The notes beneath the pieces are model-generated. The model made no database searches. It was not told the origin of the DNA and saw only the letters and a program-made list of their open reading frames with translations. DNA of 64,000 nucleotides from positions 24,366,001-24,430,000 of the forward strand of contig NC_043009.1 in the NCBI RefSeq assembly GCF_006345805.1, read 5' to 3'. Position 1 is the stretch's first letter. Every line of letters starts with the position of its first letter. Shown one piece after another: positions 1-13,267 of the stretch. The position numbers and the translations under genes were made by a program. The DNA comes from Octopus sinensis (Eukaryota).

Positions 1-680
1 GACGATGATGATGTTGATAACGATGATGATAATGGTGAGGATGATGATGATGATAATGATGACGATGATCATGTTGATAACGAAGACAGTGATAATGATC
101 ATGGTTTTGGTGGTTGTGGTGATGGCGGCGGCGGCGGCGGCGGTGGCGGTGGTGGAGATAGGAGTAGGAAGATGGGGATGATGACGATGTTGCTGCTGCT
201 GATGATGTTGAGGATGTTGATGATGACGATGACGACGGTAAGGATTATGATGATGATGATTATGACGACGACTTCGACGCCAATGATGATAGTGGTGGCG
301 GTGGTGGTGCTGCCGATTTTGTTCTTGTTGTCGTCGTCGTCGTTGTTGTTGTTGTTGTTGGTGGTGGTGTTGTTGTTCTTGCTGTTGTTGTTGGCGGCGG
401 CGGCGGTGGTGGTGGTGTTGCTGGTGCTGGTGGATGTGGTGTTGGTTGCAGTCGTAGTGTTTCTTGCCATGACGGTGGTATGTTGGTGGTGATGCGAGTG
501 ACGATGTTATTGTAGCTATTGTTGATGTCTTTGCTGTTCTTGATGATGATGTTGATGACGACGACGATAACGATGAAGAAGTTCTTGACGATGACTATGA
601 TGGTGAGAATGATGAGGATAATGATGACGACAAGAACGCAGCCGCCGCCGACGACGATGACAAGGATCATGATGAAGAAT
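1..680. repeat. Cryptic trinucleotide low-complexity tract (GAT/GAC/GGT/GTT/GGC)
   Basis: Continuous in-phase GAT, GAC, GGC, GGT and GTT triplets. The overlapping ORFs are homopolymer artefacts. Confidence 0.95.
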
Positions 681-922
681 TAATGGACGGGGATTAAAAT
701 CTTAGGGTACTTAAAATGAGTCCAGACAATTATGTTGGCATTGTTCGACTAGTGACCAGTTTTATCTAAACGTCTAGGATTAGTCTAATGAATATTAATT
801 CATATTGCAATAATATAACAATTATTCTTTAACTTTTGCTAAAATGGGGAAAAACAGGTGTGACGAACTTCGAGAAAACTGGAGACAAATATTGACAAGG
901 TTTTTGAAATTTTCTGCTAAAA

Positions 923-1923
923 ATGGTCCCATCAATTAGGAATAATGAAAGGACTGCTGTGAATCAATGTGGTAAAAATTACACCCCCCCCTACTGGATT
1001 GAGGCACTGGCATCAAGGGGTTTTACGGACTGCATGCCTGACCCGAGCACCCGGAAAAGAAGCTCTGCAGAAATGACGTTTGGTTTGTTCTACATTTCTC
1101 ACTCAACGTCAAGACTTGTGTGGGAACGATTTTCCTTAGATTGATAGACAAAAATTTCCCACAAACACACACACACACATTACTACAGACATTTACTTAA
1201 AAGACACAACCTAAGAGTCTCCTTTAGCTGTGCACCTAACATAAAAAGAAAACATTTTAACAAGTACCCTCATCTATGAGGCTACGGTGATACCTAGACA
1301 TGCTATCTGCAATGACAGTATTGTACCATCCAACAATAGATTAACCAGTCCTTATGCCAATACAGTTGCCACGCCCAGAGATAATAAACAGTCCAGGACC
1401 AGAGTCACATAGAGCATCACCGAAGACCCCGGTACCACCGCCACAGATATTGAACATTTCATTGATACAGATAGAGTGACGTGGCCCGGAACGTATGTTA
1501 CCACCAGTACAATTGTCGCGCCTAGAAATGACCAATCCAGGACCAACGACATGGAGGAGGGATCCACTATTCCCAGTACAAACACCACGGGTGATGACCA
1601 AGTACCTACCTTCGACACCGCAGGAATGACCGGCTCCGCACCATATGCTAACAGGAGTGCGATTAGGGCCACATCCCACGTTTGTGGATAGATTGGATCT
1701 GCGAGTACTTCCTTCAAACGACGTCTTCTTAACCACCAGTATTCCTCCACAGTCCCAGAAAGATCGAGGTACCCCACGTGTTATCAGGTGGAAATTAATT
1801 GATCATCCACGCTCATATATTAATGGAAGTGGTCGTTCCAAGAACTGCATCACGGAGAGAGCCTACACGAAACCACACGCGTCAAATAGTCGGAAAGAAG
1901 TACTTTCTAAATGTGGCCACTAA
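923..1923 (+). mobile_element. Decayed Penelope-like element, 3' part (RT-EN linker plus GIY-YIG endonuclease)
   Basis: Frameshifted translation gives RNDVWFVLHFSLNVKTCVGTIFLRLIDK..FP, RHNLRVSFSCAPNIK, *IGSASTSFKRRLLNHQYS and IRWKLIDHPRSYINGSGRSKNCITE..NSRKEVLSKCGH. These match the PLE motifs WFNPPFS-NV-T-IG-FL-LID-HFP, VSYSC-PN, YIG-FK-R-NH and CNLC-TEK..LN-R-E-SKC-H. Confidence 0.8.
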
Positions 1924-2137
1924 ATGTGGCGCTACTTAATAGAAAATTGGACCTCCCCGTTTGCTAGTTAGGACACTTTGGGTCTATAAGAGTTGGGGTT
2001 TTTTCCTCTGCTTCAGGGGAAATAACACGTCCCCATTATTTTTTTATTATTTAAGACGTATTTCTCGTTCTCCGAGCGTTCCCCTACGTCAGCGACGTAG
2101 AAATTTGATAATTTTTGATAATTTTGATATTTTTTTA

Positions 2138-2192
2138 TATAGATGTCCGCAAAGCTTTAGCTTTGTGGATGCGAAATATTCGGTATCACTAT
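2138..2192 (+). ncRNA. Decayed hammerhead ribozyme (CUGAUGA box mostly deleted) downstream of the PLE ORF
   Basis: Strong hairpin gtccgcaaagc-ttta-gctttgtggat, then gc GAAA tattcggta TC actat. The upstream atag can pair with ctat. The conserved CTGATGA is absent. Confidence 0.4.
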
Positions 2193-2255
2193 GTCCAAGA
2201 TATAAAACTTTGTTTTAATAATTACTACATCTGATGGACTGGTCGGTCACGTGAT

Positions 2256-2304
<49 letters not shown>

Positions 2305-2493
2305 CACTTTTACTTGTTTCAGTTATTTGACTGTAGCCATGCAAGAGCACCGCCTTTAGTCGAGCAAATCGACACCCAGGACTTATTCTTTGTAAGCCTA
2401 GTACTTATTCTATCGGTTCTTTTGTCGAACCGCTAAGCACACCAGCATCGGTTTCAAGCGATGTTGGGGGGACACAGACACACAAACATATAC

Positions 2494-2530
<37 letters not shown>

Positions 2531-2660
2531 TATATACGACGAGCTTCTTTCAGTTTGTGTCTAACAAATCCACTCATAAGGCTTTGTTTGGCCCGAGGCT
2601 ATAGTGGAAGGTACTTGCCCAAGGTGCCACGCAATAAGGCTGAACCCCAAATCATGTGGT
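2305..2660 (-). mobile_element. SINE family A (tRNA-derived, internal CA/TA tract), 5'-truncated
   Basis: Reverse complement of the copy at 4473-4885, including the ...gactgaaacaagtaaaag-type tail and ggatttgttagac body. Confidence 0.85.
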
Positions 2661-3204
2661 TCGTATATATATATATATATATAAGTACGTATGTGTCTGG
2701 TAATGATAGAAGTAGTCGTAGTAATAGTCTTGTATGTGTGTATGTATGCATATATGTAGGGAGGAGAACAAACACTGCCTCACTTGAAACACGAATATAT
2801 ATGCATGCATTGACACACACACACATACACACACACACTTACACACATACACATACATGAGCACTCATATACGTACATGTATACACACGTGCGTACATAG
2901 CAGACATATACGGGCTCCTGCATATGATTCTGTGTAATTGTATGTATTTAGTTGTGATTATACGGAGATAGCGTGGGAGATGGTAGCCAGAAGTGTTTCA
3001 AAGAGTCTTTTAAATTATATTTAATTACCACAAGGATTAAGATCAATGCTGTAAGATTCCTGATATCTACTTAAGCATTCAACATTCTCCTCACGTGTAA
3101 CCTCTATAGAAGCAGCGCGAATGAGGTGGGCTTCTGTACTTATATATCATAAATATATACAAACGTATACATCTAGAGATAGAGAAAGAACAATGGGGAG
3201 AAAG

Positions 3205-3239
<35 letters not shown>

Positions 3240-3240
3240 C

Positions 3241-3273
<33 letters not shown>

Positions 3274-4167
3274 TATATACATATGCATGTGTGTATATTT
3301 ATATGTATATATATATGTATGTATATATATATACATATATATGTACATATGCATATATATATATGCGTGTATATATATAAGTAAACATGCATTATTTCTA
3401 TATATTTCTATATATTTCTCGGGCTCACTCATCCACTTATTCATATATTCATACCCACAAACTAAGAAACCCTAAACCCCATGACGCTGAAAAAGGATTT
3501 TGAAGTATTTTATTTCAATGTTTCTGATTCTATCAAACACAATGAAATTCTGAAGTCGATCGCATTTACTTGCATTCCCATGCGACTGTAAACCTCAGTA
3601 ACGCTTAGGATGAATCAGAATATATTGTTTTTAAAAGCGTCCAAAGTTATACACTTCCGACAGACACCTGCGCCGTGTTAGGCAGGGAAATCGTTACACA
3701 ACTGTCACATCTTTGCCTTCGCTGGAGTAGCTATCGCATCGATGTTGATGGACGCGATAAGAGTTCCATATGTGTTTGTATGTTTTTCAGTGTGTCTTTC
3801 TCTCTGTGACTGATTCTAGGAATGTGTGTGTGCCTGTGTGCTTGTTTGTTGTGTGTGCATATATATATATATATATGTATGTGTGTGTTTGGATTAACTA
3901 CATATATATAGTAACAGCTTTGGTATATGTGGATTTTACTTTGTATCACGACTTCAGGGAAACAGATTGTGATACAGAGAGAGACGACATTATTAATACT
4001 AGTCTTACAAAGAATAAGTCATAGGGTCCATTATTTTCGACTAAAGGCGGTGCTCCAGTATGGCCGCACAAATAATAAAATAAAAAATATATATGTGTGT
4101 GTGTATATGTACATTATATATATATATATATATATACATATATACATATATAAATATATATATATAT

Positions 4168-4462
4168 ACATCACGTGATCACGTGACTAACCAAACCATC
4201 AGATGTTGCTACACATCGCTGGTCACAATGCGTTCGCATTGTTTTAGCCTTCGAATGACACCACCCCGCTGGCTAAGCGAGCAGACCAACAGAAGAAAGA
4301 GTGAGAGAAAGAGTGTTGAAAGAGTACATCAGGGATCACCACCCCCTGCCGGAGCATTGTGGAGCTTTTAGTTGTTTTCGCTCAATAAACACTCAAAACG
4401 CCCGGTCTGGAAATCGAAACCGCGATCTTACGACCGCGAGTATATGTATATATGCGCCTCCA
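4168..4462 (-). mobile_element. SINE family B (tRNA-like head ggaggcgcaatgg; tail ending tcacgtgatcacgtga)
   Basis: Homologous to 24752-25052. The A-box region is replaced by a short TA tract. Confidence 0.85.
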
Positions 4463-4472
4463 CATATATATA

Positions 4473-4885
4473 GGCGCAGGAGTGGCTGTGTGGTAAGTAG
4501 CTTGCTAACCAACCACATGGTTCCGGGTTCAGTCCCACTGCGTGGCATCTTGGGCAAGAGTCTTCTGCTATAGCCTCCAACCGACCAATGCCTTGTAAGT
4601 GGATTTGGTAGATGGAAACTGAAAGAAGCCTGTCGTATATATGTATATATATGTATATGTGTGTATATGTTTGTGTGTCTGTGTTTGTCCCACTAGCATT
4701 GCTTGACAACCGATGCTGGTTTGTTTACGTCCCCGTAACTTAGCGGTTCGGCAAAAAAGAGACCGATATAATAAGTACTGGGCTTACAAAGAATAAGTCC
4801 CGGGGTCGATTTGCTCGACTAAAGGCGGTGCTCCAGCACGGCCGCAGTCAGATGACTGAAACAAGTAAAAGAGTAAAGAGTAAGA
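4473..4885 (+). mobile_element. SINE family A, near full length
   Basis: A-box-like gtggctgtgtggt and B-box-like gggttcagtccc, an internal microsatellite and a (gtaaaaga)n-like tail. More than 10 related copies occur in the window. Confidence 0.9.
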
Positions 4886-5183
4886 GAGTATATATAATAT
4901 ATATATATATATATATTATATTATATATATATATATAATACATTTCTATATACATATATATATATGCATATATATATACATATATATATATAAGTGTGTA
5001 TATATATTATATATATATATATATATATAATATATAATATATTGTGTGTATATATATATATTTATATGATTATATATATATATATATATACAATTAAGGG
5101 CTCCTAAATAAAGATGCCGAGTGCTGGGACACAAAAAGGGGATGAATTTATCGAGAGTGAAAATCAAAAACGTTACCGATAAC

Positions 5184-5272
5184 TTTAACAACTCGTACCG
5201 CGGTTTCTGCTTCTTTCTAGCAAAACACAGAATATGTTTGCTAAGGCCAGCTTCATCAGCGAGTCGCCTAAA
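5184..5272 (-). ncRNA. Type I hammerhead ribozyme, copy 1
   Basis: Minus strand reads gcgactcg CTGATGA [45-nt stem II containing the tagcaaaca/tgttttgcta hairpin] GAAA ccgcgg TA cgagttgt. Stem I is 8 bp with G-U pairs and stem III is the palindrome ACCGCGGT. Predicted GUA cleavage at 5196/5195. Confidence 0.8.
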
Positions 5273-5623
5273 TTTAATCGGGTCTGCAGCGATGTGGGAC
5301 TATGTGTGAACCCGACTACTAGCAGATCTTAACTTTTCAAATCTCTGCGCAGACGCAAAATTTACACGGCATGCCGGGAAGAATTTTACGAATAATCCAT
5401 CATGTAGTATGCGAATATAAACAAGAAGGGTAGTAATATTATTTACTACCAGGTGCCCAGCACAAAAGACGAATTAGTCATAAGACAAAAATATTATTCA
5501 TATAGAAAAATATTATTCATGTAGTTATACAATTAAGGGCTCCTAAATAAAGATGCCGAGTGCTGGGAACACAAAAAGGGGATGAATTTATCGAGAGTGA
5601 AAATCAAAAACGTTACCGATAAC

Positions 5624-5711
5624 TTTAACAACTCGTACCGCGGTTTCTGCTTCTTTCTAGCAAAACACAGAATATGTTGCTAAGGCCAGCTTCATCAGCG
5701 AGTCGCCTAAA
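5624..5711 (-). ncRNA. Type I hammerhead ribozyme, copy 2
   Basis: Same motif 440 nt away, with a 1-nt deletion in the stem II hairpin. Predicted cleavage at 5636/5635. Confidence 0.8.
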
Positions 5712-5726
5712 TTTAATCGAGGTCTG

Positions 5727-5798
5727 CTGATGAAGCTGGCCTTAGCAAACATATTCTGTGTTTTGCTAGAAAGAAGCAGAAACCGCGGTACGAGTTGT
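5727..5798 (+). ncRNA. Hammerhead core in the inverted copy (5' strand of stem I lost)
   Basis: CTGATGA at 5727-5733, GAAA at 5779-5782, then CCGCGG TA cgagttgt. The inversion junction removes most of the 5' strand of stem I. Confidence 0.55.
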
Positions 5799-5994
5799 TA
5801 AAGTTATCGGTAACGTTTTTGATTTCACCTCGATTTATCCCCTTTTTGTGTTCCCAGCACTCGGCATCTTTTTAGGAGCCCTTAATTGTATAACTACATG
5901 AATAATATTTTTCTATATGAATAATATTTTTGTCTTATGACTAATTCGTCTTTTGTGCTGGGCACCTGGTAGTAAATAATATACTACCCTTCTT

Positions 5995-6053
<59 letters not shown>

Positions 6054-6224
6054 ATATCGCTGCCCCCTCGTTATCAAGTATGGCCATTGCACGAAGCTTA
6101 ACTGTTACTGGTGCTGTGATCGAATGTGACTTTTTAGCCCAGCTAAAGATCTACAATGTTTTGTATATATTATATATATATAATATATTACATAGAAATA
6201 ATATATATATATATATATATATAC

Positions 6225-6452
<228 letters not shown>

Positions 6453-6999
6453 AAATACATATATAGACGTGTGTGTGTGCGTGTGTGTCTGTGTATATGT
6501 ATGTGTTTACATGCGTGCTTGTATTTAATTGTATTTATATCCGTTAACCTTATTCACGTAGTATTCGAGTTTTAACCAGGAAATAACGGGACTTAGTGTA
6601 TTGCGTGAGTTGTGAGTGGGAGGTGATTCGCGGTTTGCGTCATGTTGTGATGTAATATCCGATGAATATATCTGTGATTTCAGCCATTGTGCGTTTTTTC
6701 ACGTACTTTTTTTTTAGACATCCCTAATTTTAAGCCGTCACGTATTGAGCACACAGCAACATACCCAGCTGAAGTTTCTGGTCCGACTGGAAAAACTCCG
6801 TCTGTAGATTACTGCAGTAAATGTAAGGGGATTAGACGCTGTTGCGTTTATAGGTTTTCGATTAACACAAAAGGTTTAAAAAGGGACGCGGAATCCCCGA
6901 AGACAACCCCAGAAGTGGATGGCCTTCAGCGAGAAGAATTGAGGTTAACATTAACCATGTGATGCGGGTGGAGCCAGGTGATGGTCAGTTGACTGTTCG

Positions 7000-7145
7000 A
7001 ATGTTCGTGAGTTGAGCCAAGGTTGCCTTTGTCTTTCATCCTTTCGGGGTCGATAAATTAAGTAACAGTTGCGTACTGGGGTCGATCTAATCGACTGCCC
7101 CCCTCCCCAAAAATTTCGGGCCTTGTGCCTAGAGAAGAAAAGAAT
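7000..7145 (+). mobile_element. SINE family D 3' fragment (Nin-domain-like)
   Basis: tttcatcctttcggggtcgataaattaagta...ctggggtcgatctaatcgact, homologous to 18938-19170. Confidence 0.75.
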
Positions 7146-7154
7146 ATTATGGTT

Positions 7155-7760
7155 GTCAATGCCACCGACAACGACGCCGAATCTATAATATGAAGTGGTG
7201 ACCATCACTACCGACAACACTGTTGCTGCCACTCTTGATAAGAACACCACCAACATTGCCACCACTATCAGCACGACCATCGCCACCATCACCATCACAA
7301 ATATTATCATCAACACCATCACCACTATCACTCTCACCAATTGCAGCTCGCTTTTACTACCATCACCAATACCACCATCATGGACATTTGAATGGTATAC
7401 GCCGCCATCACCAATACCACCATCACCGACTCCAGAACCATCAAGAATTTCATCGGCAACACCATCATCATTACAACACCGCCATCGCCACTACTATCAT
7501 CATCACCCATAGCACTACTCCCACTACCACTACTACCATCGCCCACTCACCTACCACCAATACCTCCATTGCCAATATCATCATCACCATTATCATCATC
7601 ATCAACGCCAGCTTCACCACTACGTCCATCGCCGACGCCATCATTACAAATAATTGCATCGCTATTACTATGATCACCTCCGCCGTCATCACCACCACCT
7701 CGATCACTAACCATGTTTCCGACACCATCATCATCATCATTATCATCACTACTACCATCG
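7155..7760. repeat. Cryptic trinucleotide tract (CAT/CAC/ACC)
   Basis: In-phase degenerate triplets. Compositionally the reverse complement of 1-680. Confidence 0.9.
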
Positions 7761-7869
7761 CAAAGGAACAGCGCTATGCTCAGTCCAATGGGTCACTTCT
7801 TGACCTTTGAGAAAATGGACGAGTAATCCAATTTTCTATCGCTTGACAAGTGATGGTGATGTTGCAGGT

Positions 7870-8390
7870 AATGGTCGTGGAGTGGTGGTGAGAGTAAGGG
7901 GTGAGATAATCGGTAAGAGTATGAGAGTGGGAGAGGGTGTGGGTGTGGGGTTAAATTAGGAGTTAAGGTAGAAAAGATGTCAATGAGTAAGTGGGTGAGT
8001 GAGACAGAGATTGAAAGACAAGGACAGAGAGAGAGTGTGTGTGTGGTGGAGATAGGGAGAGAATAAATATAGAAAAGGTAGAGAGAGACGAGTAACATAG
8101 AAGAGAACAAGCGGGAGAGAGAGAATGAGGGAGGGGATTGAATATAAAGAGTGAAAGAGAGAGAGACAGAGAGACAGAAAAGAAATGGTTGGAGAGAAAA
8201 GTGACGGTAGAGAAATGAAGGACAAGAAATTTGAATACGACAATCCAGAGAGAGTAGTTAGACAGAAAGACGGAGAGAGAGACGGACAGAAAGCAGACGG
8301 GCTGACAGACAGAGACAAATAGAGAGACAGGCAGGCGGAAAGTGCCACAGAGAAACAGATAGATGGATAGATAGATAGATAGATAGATAT

Positions 8391-8467
<77 letters not shown>

Positions 8468-8734
8468 CAGACAGATAGACAGATAGAAAGACGGAAAAAC
8501 AGACGAAGTGAGAGAGGGACAGACAGTCAAAAAGTAACAGGGCAAAAGAGAGCGAATGAAAGGGAGAAGAGAAGGAGAGAGATTGAAGGAGAGAAGGAGA
8601 GAAAATGTAGGCAGAGAGTGGGAGACAGAAACAGAAAAAGGCAGTAACAGAACAAGAAAGAGATGAAGAGAGAGGGAGAAAGAATATGGTGAGGCGATAG
8701 AAAAGAAGGGCGAGTGATTTGAAATGAGACAACT

Positions 8735-8769
<35 letters not shown>

Positions 8770-9020
8770 AAGACAGACGCTGAGAGGGAGAGAAAAAATG
8801 TAAAGAGAGAAAAGAGGGGTAGGGTAAATATCAAGGCTGTCTTGGCAAAGATGGCATGAGATTAAATGATGGAAAAATGTGGAGGAAAAAATGATGGAAA
8901 GGAAATAACGGAAGAGCATTTACGGGAAAAGTTGTTGAACAGTGGCAGATATGAGAGATAAAATGAGAGAATACAAAGAGATGGATGAGTAAATTAGTGA
9001 TGGGAAAGAGGAAGAAGCAA

Positions 9021-9062
<42 letters not shown>

Positions 9063-9297
9063 AAGAGTAAAAATAATTTGAAGACTGTTCAAAGAATAAA
9101 ACAGGAGATATGCTCAGAAAGATTAGAAGGGAATGGTAGATAGACAGAAAGACAGACAGGCAAGCAGATAAACAACGGACAGACAGTGCGGCAGATATAT
9201 ATATATATATTATATATATAGAGAGAGAGGCAGACAGACAGACAGGTATGTAGATAGATAGATAGGTTGATATATATATATATATATATATATAGAT

Positions 9298-9328
<31 letters not shown>

Positions 9329-9385
9329 TAGATAGAAAGATAAACAGACAGACAGATAAATAGATAGATAAGCAGACTGACTGTT
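7870..9385. repeat. Long purine-rich GA/GATA/GACA low-complexity domain
   Basis: Strong A+G strand bias over about 1.5 kb with embedded (GA)n and (GATA)n. Confidence 0.9.
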
Positions 9386-9389
9386 GATA

Positions 9390-10070
9390 GTACTTTAACT
9401 CTATGCTATTAATCGAGCCTCCATGTTCTGCCTGTTCCTGTTGTGCATTGGCGAGCTTTCCCCTTCTTTCAGCTCTCGCCAATGGCCACCTATACATTCT
9501 CCTGTTCTGTGTGCAGTCTCTCCTATGTAGGTAATTGTCATGTTTCTGTACCGTCTCTCAGTATATCGTAAGATATTACTCTGCAGTTAACATGTGTGTT
9601 CATCCTGCATGCGCTATAATTGTACTCAGTACAAGGAGACTTATCAAAGGGATAGGTATTGCAATCATGGATTTAAAAGGGTCATCAGGCCTCCCCATTA
9701 CTTTAATTCGTAGATTAGCCTTAATGTTTTTCTAAAGAGATGTGCTAATTCGCCGCCAGGGTTAGTATCATAGAACATGACACTGGTATTTTCTGTTGTC
9801 ATACCAAGTGTTGGCCTTATCTATCATATTACTGGTCCTTCCCATGCTGCTCCATGATTTACTCCTGTACAGCGTGCAGATTCCCTTAGCATGACTCTAT
9901 ATGATAGCTTTGTACTTAGTCCTTGCTCCTTTGTACACTCTAAACTTGTGACTATCGTTGTAGCCATAGAACTGCATGCGGTGGATGAAGTGTTGCATGT
10001 GTCTTTCCAATTCCATATATATACATACCTTATCCTTGCGCGTTTAGTTTCACTGCATGGAAATTGCTCC
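9390..10070 (-). mobile_element. Decayed Penelope-like element (GIY-YIG remnant)
   Basis: Minus-strand frames give TSVMFYDTNPGGELA, ACRMNTHVNCRVISYDI and TYIGETAHRTGECIGGHWRELKEGESSPMH (YIGET motif), with frameshifts between them. Confidence 0.65.
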
Positions 10071-10740
10071 AATGCTTTCTATTTTAGCTTCGGGCCAACC
10101 AAGTGCATTTGGTAAGAGAAAACTGTATATGTATGTGCGCGCGCGCGTGTGTGTGTGTGTGTGTAAGCGCGTCTGTGTGTGTGCGCGCGCGCGTGAGCGC
10201 GTACCTACGTGTATGTGTGTTTGTCACCCATCACCGCTTGTCAACCGCTTCTGGCGATTCGGGGAAAATATTTTATATGAAGTGCTGGGGTCGATTCTTT
10301 CAACTCATACTCCTAAAGGAGATGCCGTCGCAGGGCCACTATGTGATGACTGAACGCACTAAAAGATTAAAGATATGTGTGTATATGTGTATATATATTT
10401 ATTAATATATATAAATTGAATCTAAATTTTGCTCTATATATATGTATTGGGTTACGTACACCTTGATCTCTTGTATGTAAGTATATATTTATCTAAATCT
10501 TGTACGTCACTATTCTTATTCGTTCGACCTGTGCCATTAAAATCCCTGTGCCATTAAAATCTTGTATCCCGGCCGTGGGGCTTTATTTCCCCACACTCCA
10601 GCTTAGTTTGATTCGTCTATAGTCGAAAGACACCGTTGTTATATCCTGTTATTTGTATTTGTGTAGCATTCTCCGTTTTTTCCGTCCTTGTTTTATTTGT
10701 GTCGTTGTTCTTATTCCATTTGTATCATATATATATATAA

Positions 10741-10798
<58 letters not shown>

Positions 10799-10970
10799 AT
10801 ATATATATATACATCAGAGATAGTTATTCTCTGTATATAATATATTTCGTAGTACTTAAGATATTTGAAGCTGAGCAGATACAGGAGTAAAGATAACGAC
10901 ATAAAATTTAGGCAAGTTGATAAACAAAAGAATATTTAATACATTTGATACAAAAAATTTACATATAGAC

Positions 10971-11348
10971 GGCACTCTGTCGGTTACGACGACGAGGGCT
11001 CTAGCTGATCCGATCAACAGAACATCCTGCTCGTGAAGTTAAGGTGCAAGTGGCTGAGCACTCCACAGGCACATGTACACTTAACGTAGTTCTCAGTGAA
11101 ATTCAGCGTGACACAGTGTGTGGAAAGACTGGCCCTTTGAAAGGCAGGTACAACAGAACCAGGAAGAAAGAGTGAGAGAAAATTGTGGTGAGAGAGTACA
11201 GCAGGGTTCGCCACGACACTCTGCCGGAGCCTCGTGAAGTTTTAAGTGTTTTCGCTGAATATACTTTCACACCACCCGGTCTGGGAATTGAAACTGCGGT
11301 ACTATGACCACGAGTCCGCTGCCCTAACCACTAAGCCATTGCACCTCC
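10971..11348 (-). mobile_element. SINE with family B head and family C tail
   Basis: Head ggaggtgcaatggcttagtggttagggcagcggactc. The tail ...gtcgtcgtaaccgacagagtg is shared with 11613-11935. Confidence 0.85.
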
Positions 11349-11349
11349 T

Positions 11350-11417
<68 letters not shown>

Positions 11418-11612
11418 TACATATATATACATATAAAAAGTGCTTTCAGGAATTAACCTCCAAAATTCATGATATCTTTTCCATTCTGTGTAAGTCGGTC
11501 TTCTTTTATATTTATAGATATTTACATTTCCTGTATTAAATGTATTTAACATTTTTGTATATCGACTTGTCTAAGTTGCTTGTCCTTACATTTACTCCTA
11601 TATGGATATATG

Positions 11613-11935
11613 TGAAGGTGCGTGGCTTAGTAGTTAGGGCATTCGGCTCACGATTGTAAGGTCGCGAGTTCAATTCCCGGCGACGCGTTGTGTCCTTGAA
11701 CAAGACACTTTATTTCACGTTGCTCCAGTCCACTCAGCTGGCACAAAATGAGTAGTACCTGTATTTCAAAGAGCTAGCCTTGTCACACTCTGTGTCACGC
11801 TGAATCTCCCTGAGAACTACGTTAATGGTAAACGTGTCTGTAAATTGCTCAGTCACTTACACGTTAATTTCACGAGCAAAGCTGTTCCGTTGATCGTATC
11901 AGCTGCTACTCTCGTCGTCGTAACCGACGGAGTGC
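11613..11935 (+). mobile_element. SINE family C, full length
   Basis: A box tggcttagtagt, B box gagttcaattcc and the conserved tgtgtccttgaacaagacact block. Related copies at 12100-12425 (+), 13480-13690 (-) and 36826-37150 (+). Confidence 0.9.
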
Positions 11936-12099
11936 TCGTACATGTATATATATATTTGTAGTGATTGTCTCTCTACCTTCTCTATATTTATTCTCTCCCT
12001 ATCTCCGCCACATGTATATATATATTTGTAGTGATTGCATCCATGAATGGGCAACACCGTAGAGCATCCTTAAAAAAAAACCTGATACTTAATCTATCA

Positions 12100-12425
12100 G
12101 ATGAATGCGCGTGGCTTAATGGTTAGGATAATCGGCTTACGATCGCAAGGTCGTGATTTCAGATCACAGCGACCCGTTCAGTACTTGAACAAAACATTGT
12201 ATTTCAAGTTGCTTCAGTCCACCCAGCTGGTAAAATCGAGTAGCATCTGTATTTCCAAAGGCCATCCTTGTCATATTCTGCGTCATTTGAACTCTCTCTA
12301 AAAGCTACGTTAAGTGCACGCATGTCTATCGGGTGCTCGTTCACATGCACGTTTATTTGACTATCAGGCTCTTCCTTTCATAGAATCAAATGGGACCCTC
12401 GTCGTCGTAACCGACGGAGTGTCAG
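12100..12425 (+). mobile_element. SINE family C, diverged copy
   Basis: Colinear with 11613-11935 and ends in gtcgtcgtaaccgacggagtg. Confidence 0.85.
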
Positions 12426-12951
12426 TTAATCTCTCGGCTCTTTTGTAGATACCTTTAGTTACGGAAGGTAATCAAACCAACACCAGGTTCTTTCAGTTTC
12501 TACAACGCTTTCACCTACATATATATATACGTAATTATAAATATATTCATGCTTACATGACTGTATACTTAACTACGTATTAAATAAAGAACGAAAGTAA
12601 GAAAAAAAAGACAGGAGGAAAAGAAAGTTGAAACAAGGAGAAAAGGAAAGATAAAATGAGGGAATTACAGAAAAGTTAGAAAAACAAATGACGAGGAAAT
12701 AAAATGAAAACAAGAAACCCAAAATACCAGGAGGAATGATGGATATTTACAAAAGACAAAAATATGGAAATTTTTAGAAAAACTATAAAAAGAGAAGTAG
12801 GAAGCATGGCGGGAAGAGAGTGAGAAGAGAATAATGGAATTGAGGTGCATTAAAATATGAATTAGTAGGGGACAGCACAAGAAGGTTGGCATAGAACATA
12901 ATATTTAAATATATATCGATACACACACATACCTCTATATATATAAATATA

Positions 12952-13018
<67 letters not shown>

Positions 13019-13050
13019 CATACATACATATATATATTATATATATATAT

Positions 13051-13095
<45 letters not shown>

Positions 13096-13267
13096 CATAT
13101 ATGTACGTATGTATATGAATGAAAGTAAAGAAAATCGGGATAGAGGTGAAAAAGATTACGAAAGTGTTGAATATACAGGTGCAGGTTTAGCTGTGTGACT
13201 TGCTCATCAGGAGCGCTTGTAGGAGTGGCTCGATCACCAACCACATGGCTCTAGGTTCAGTCCCACA

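Larger units (their letters stand above)
5090..5998 (-). mobile_element. Non-autonomous HHR-bearing element (retrozyme/PLE pLTR-like): 440-bp unit, partial tandem copy and inverted copy
   Basis: The start of unit 5090-5529 is repeated almost exactly at 5530-5725. 5726-5998 is the reverse complement of about 5415-5700. Flanked by (TA)n and has no coding capacity. Confidence 0.8.

Noticed and set aside
99-670. ORFs of 106-136 aa rich in T/N/P/I/V
   Set aside because: Translations of trinucleotide repeats, open in several frames on both strands.
7195-8919. Long ORFs (195 and 284 aa) resembling mucin or membrane proteins
   Set aside because: Products of CAT/CAC and GA/GATA low-complexity DNA, with no recognisable domain.
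13165-13220. Minus-strand CTGATGA...TAAA
   Set aside because: GAAA is mutated and there is no stem I.
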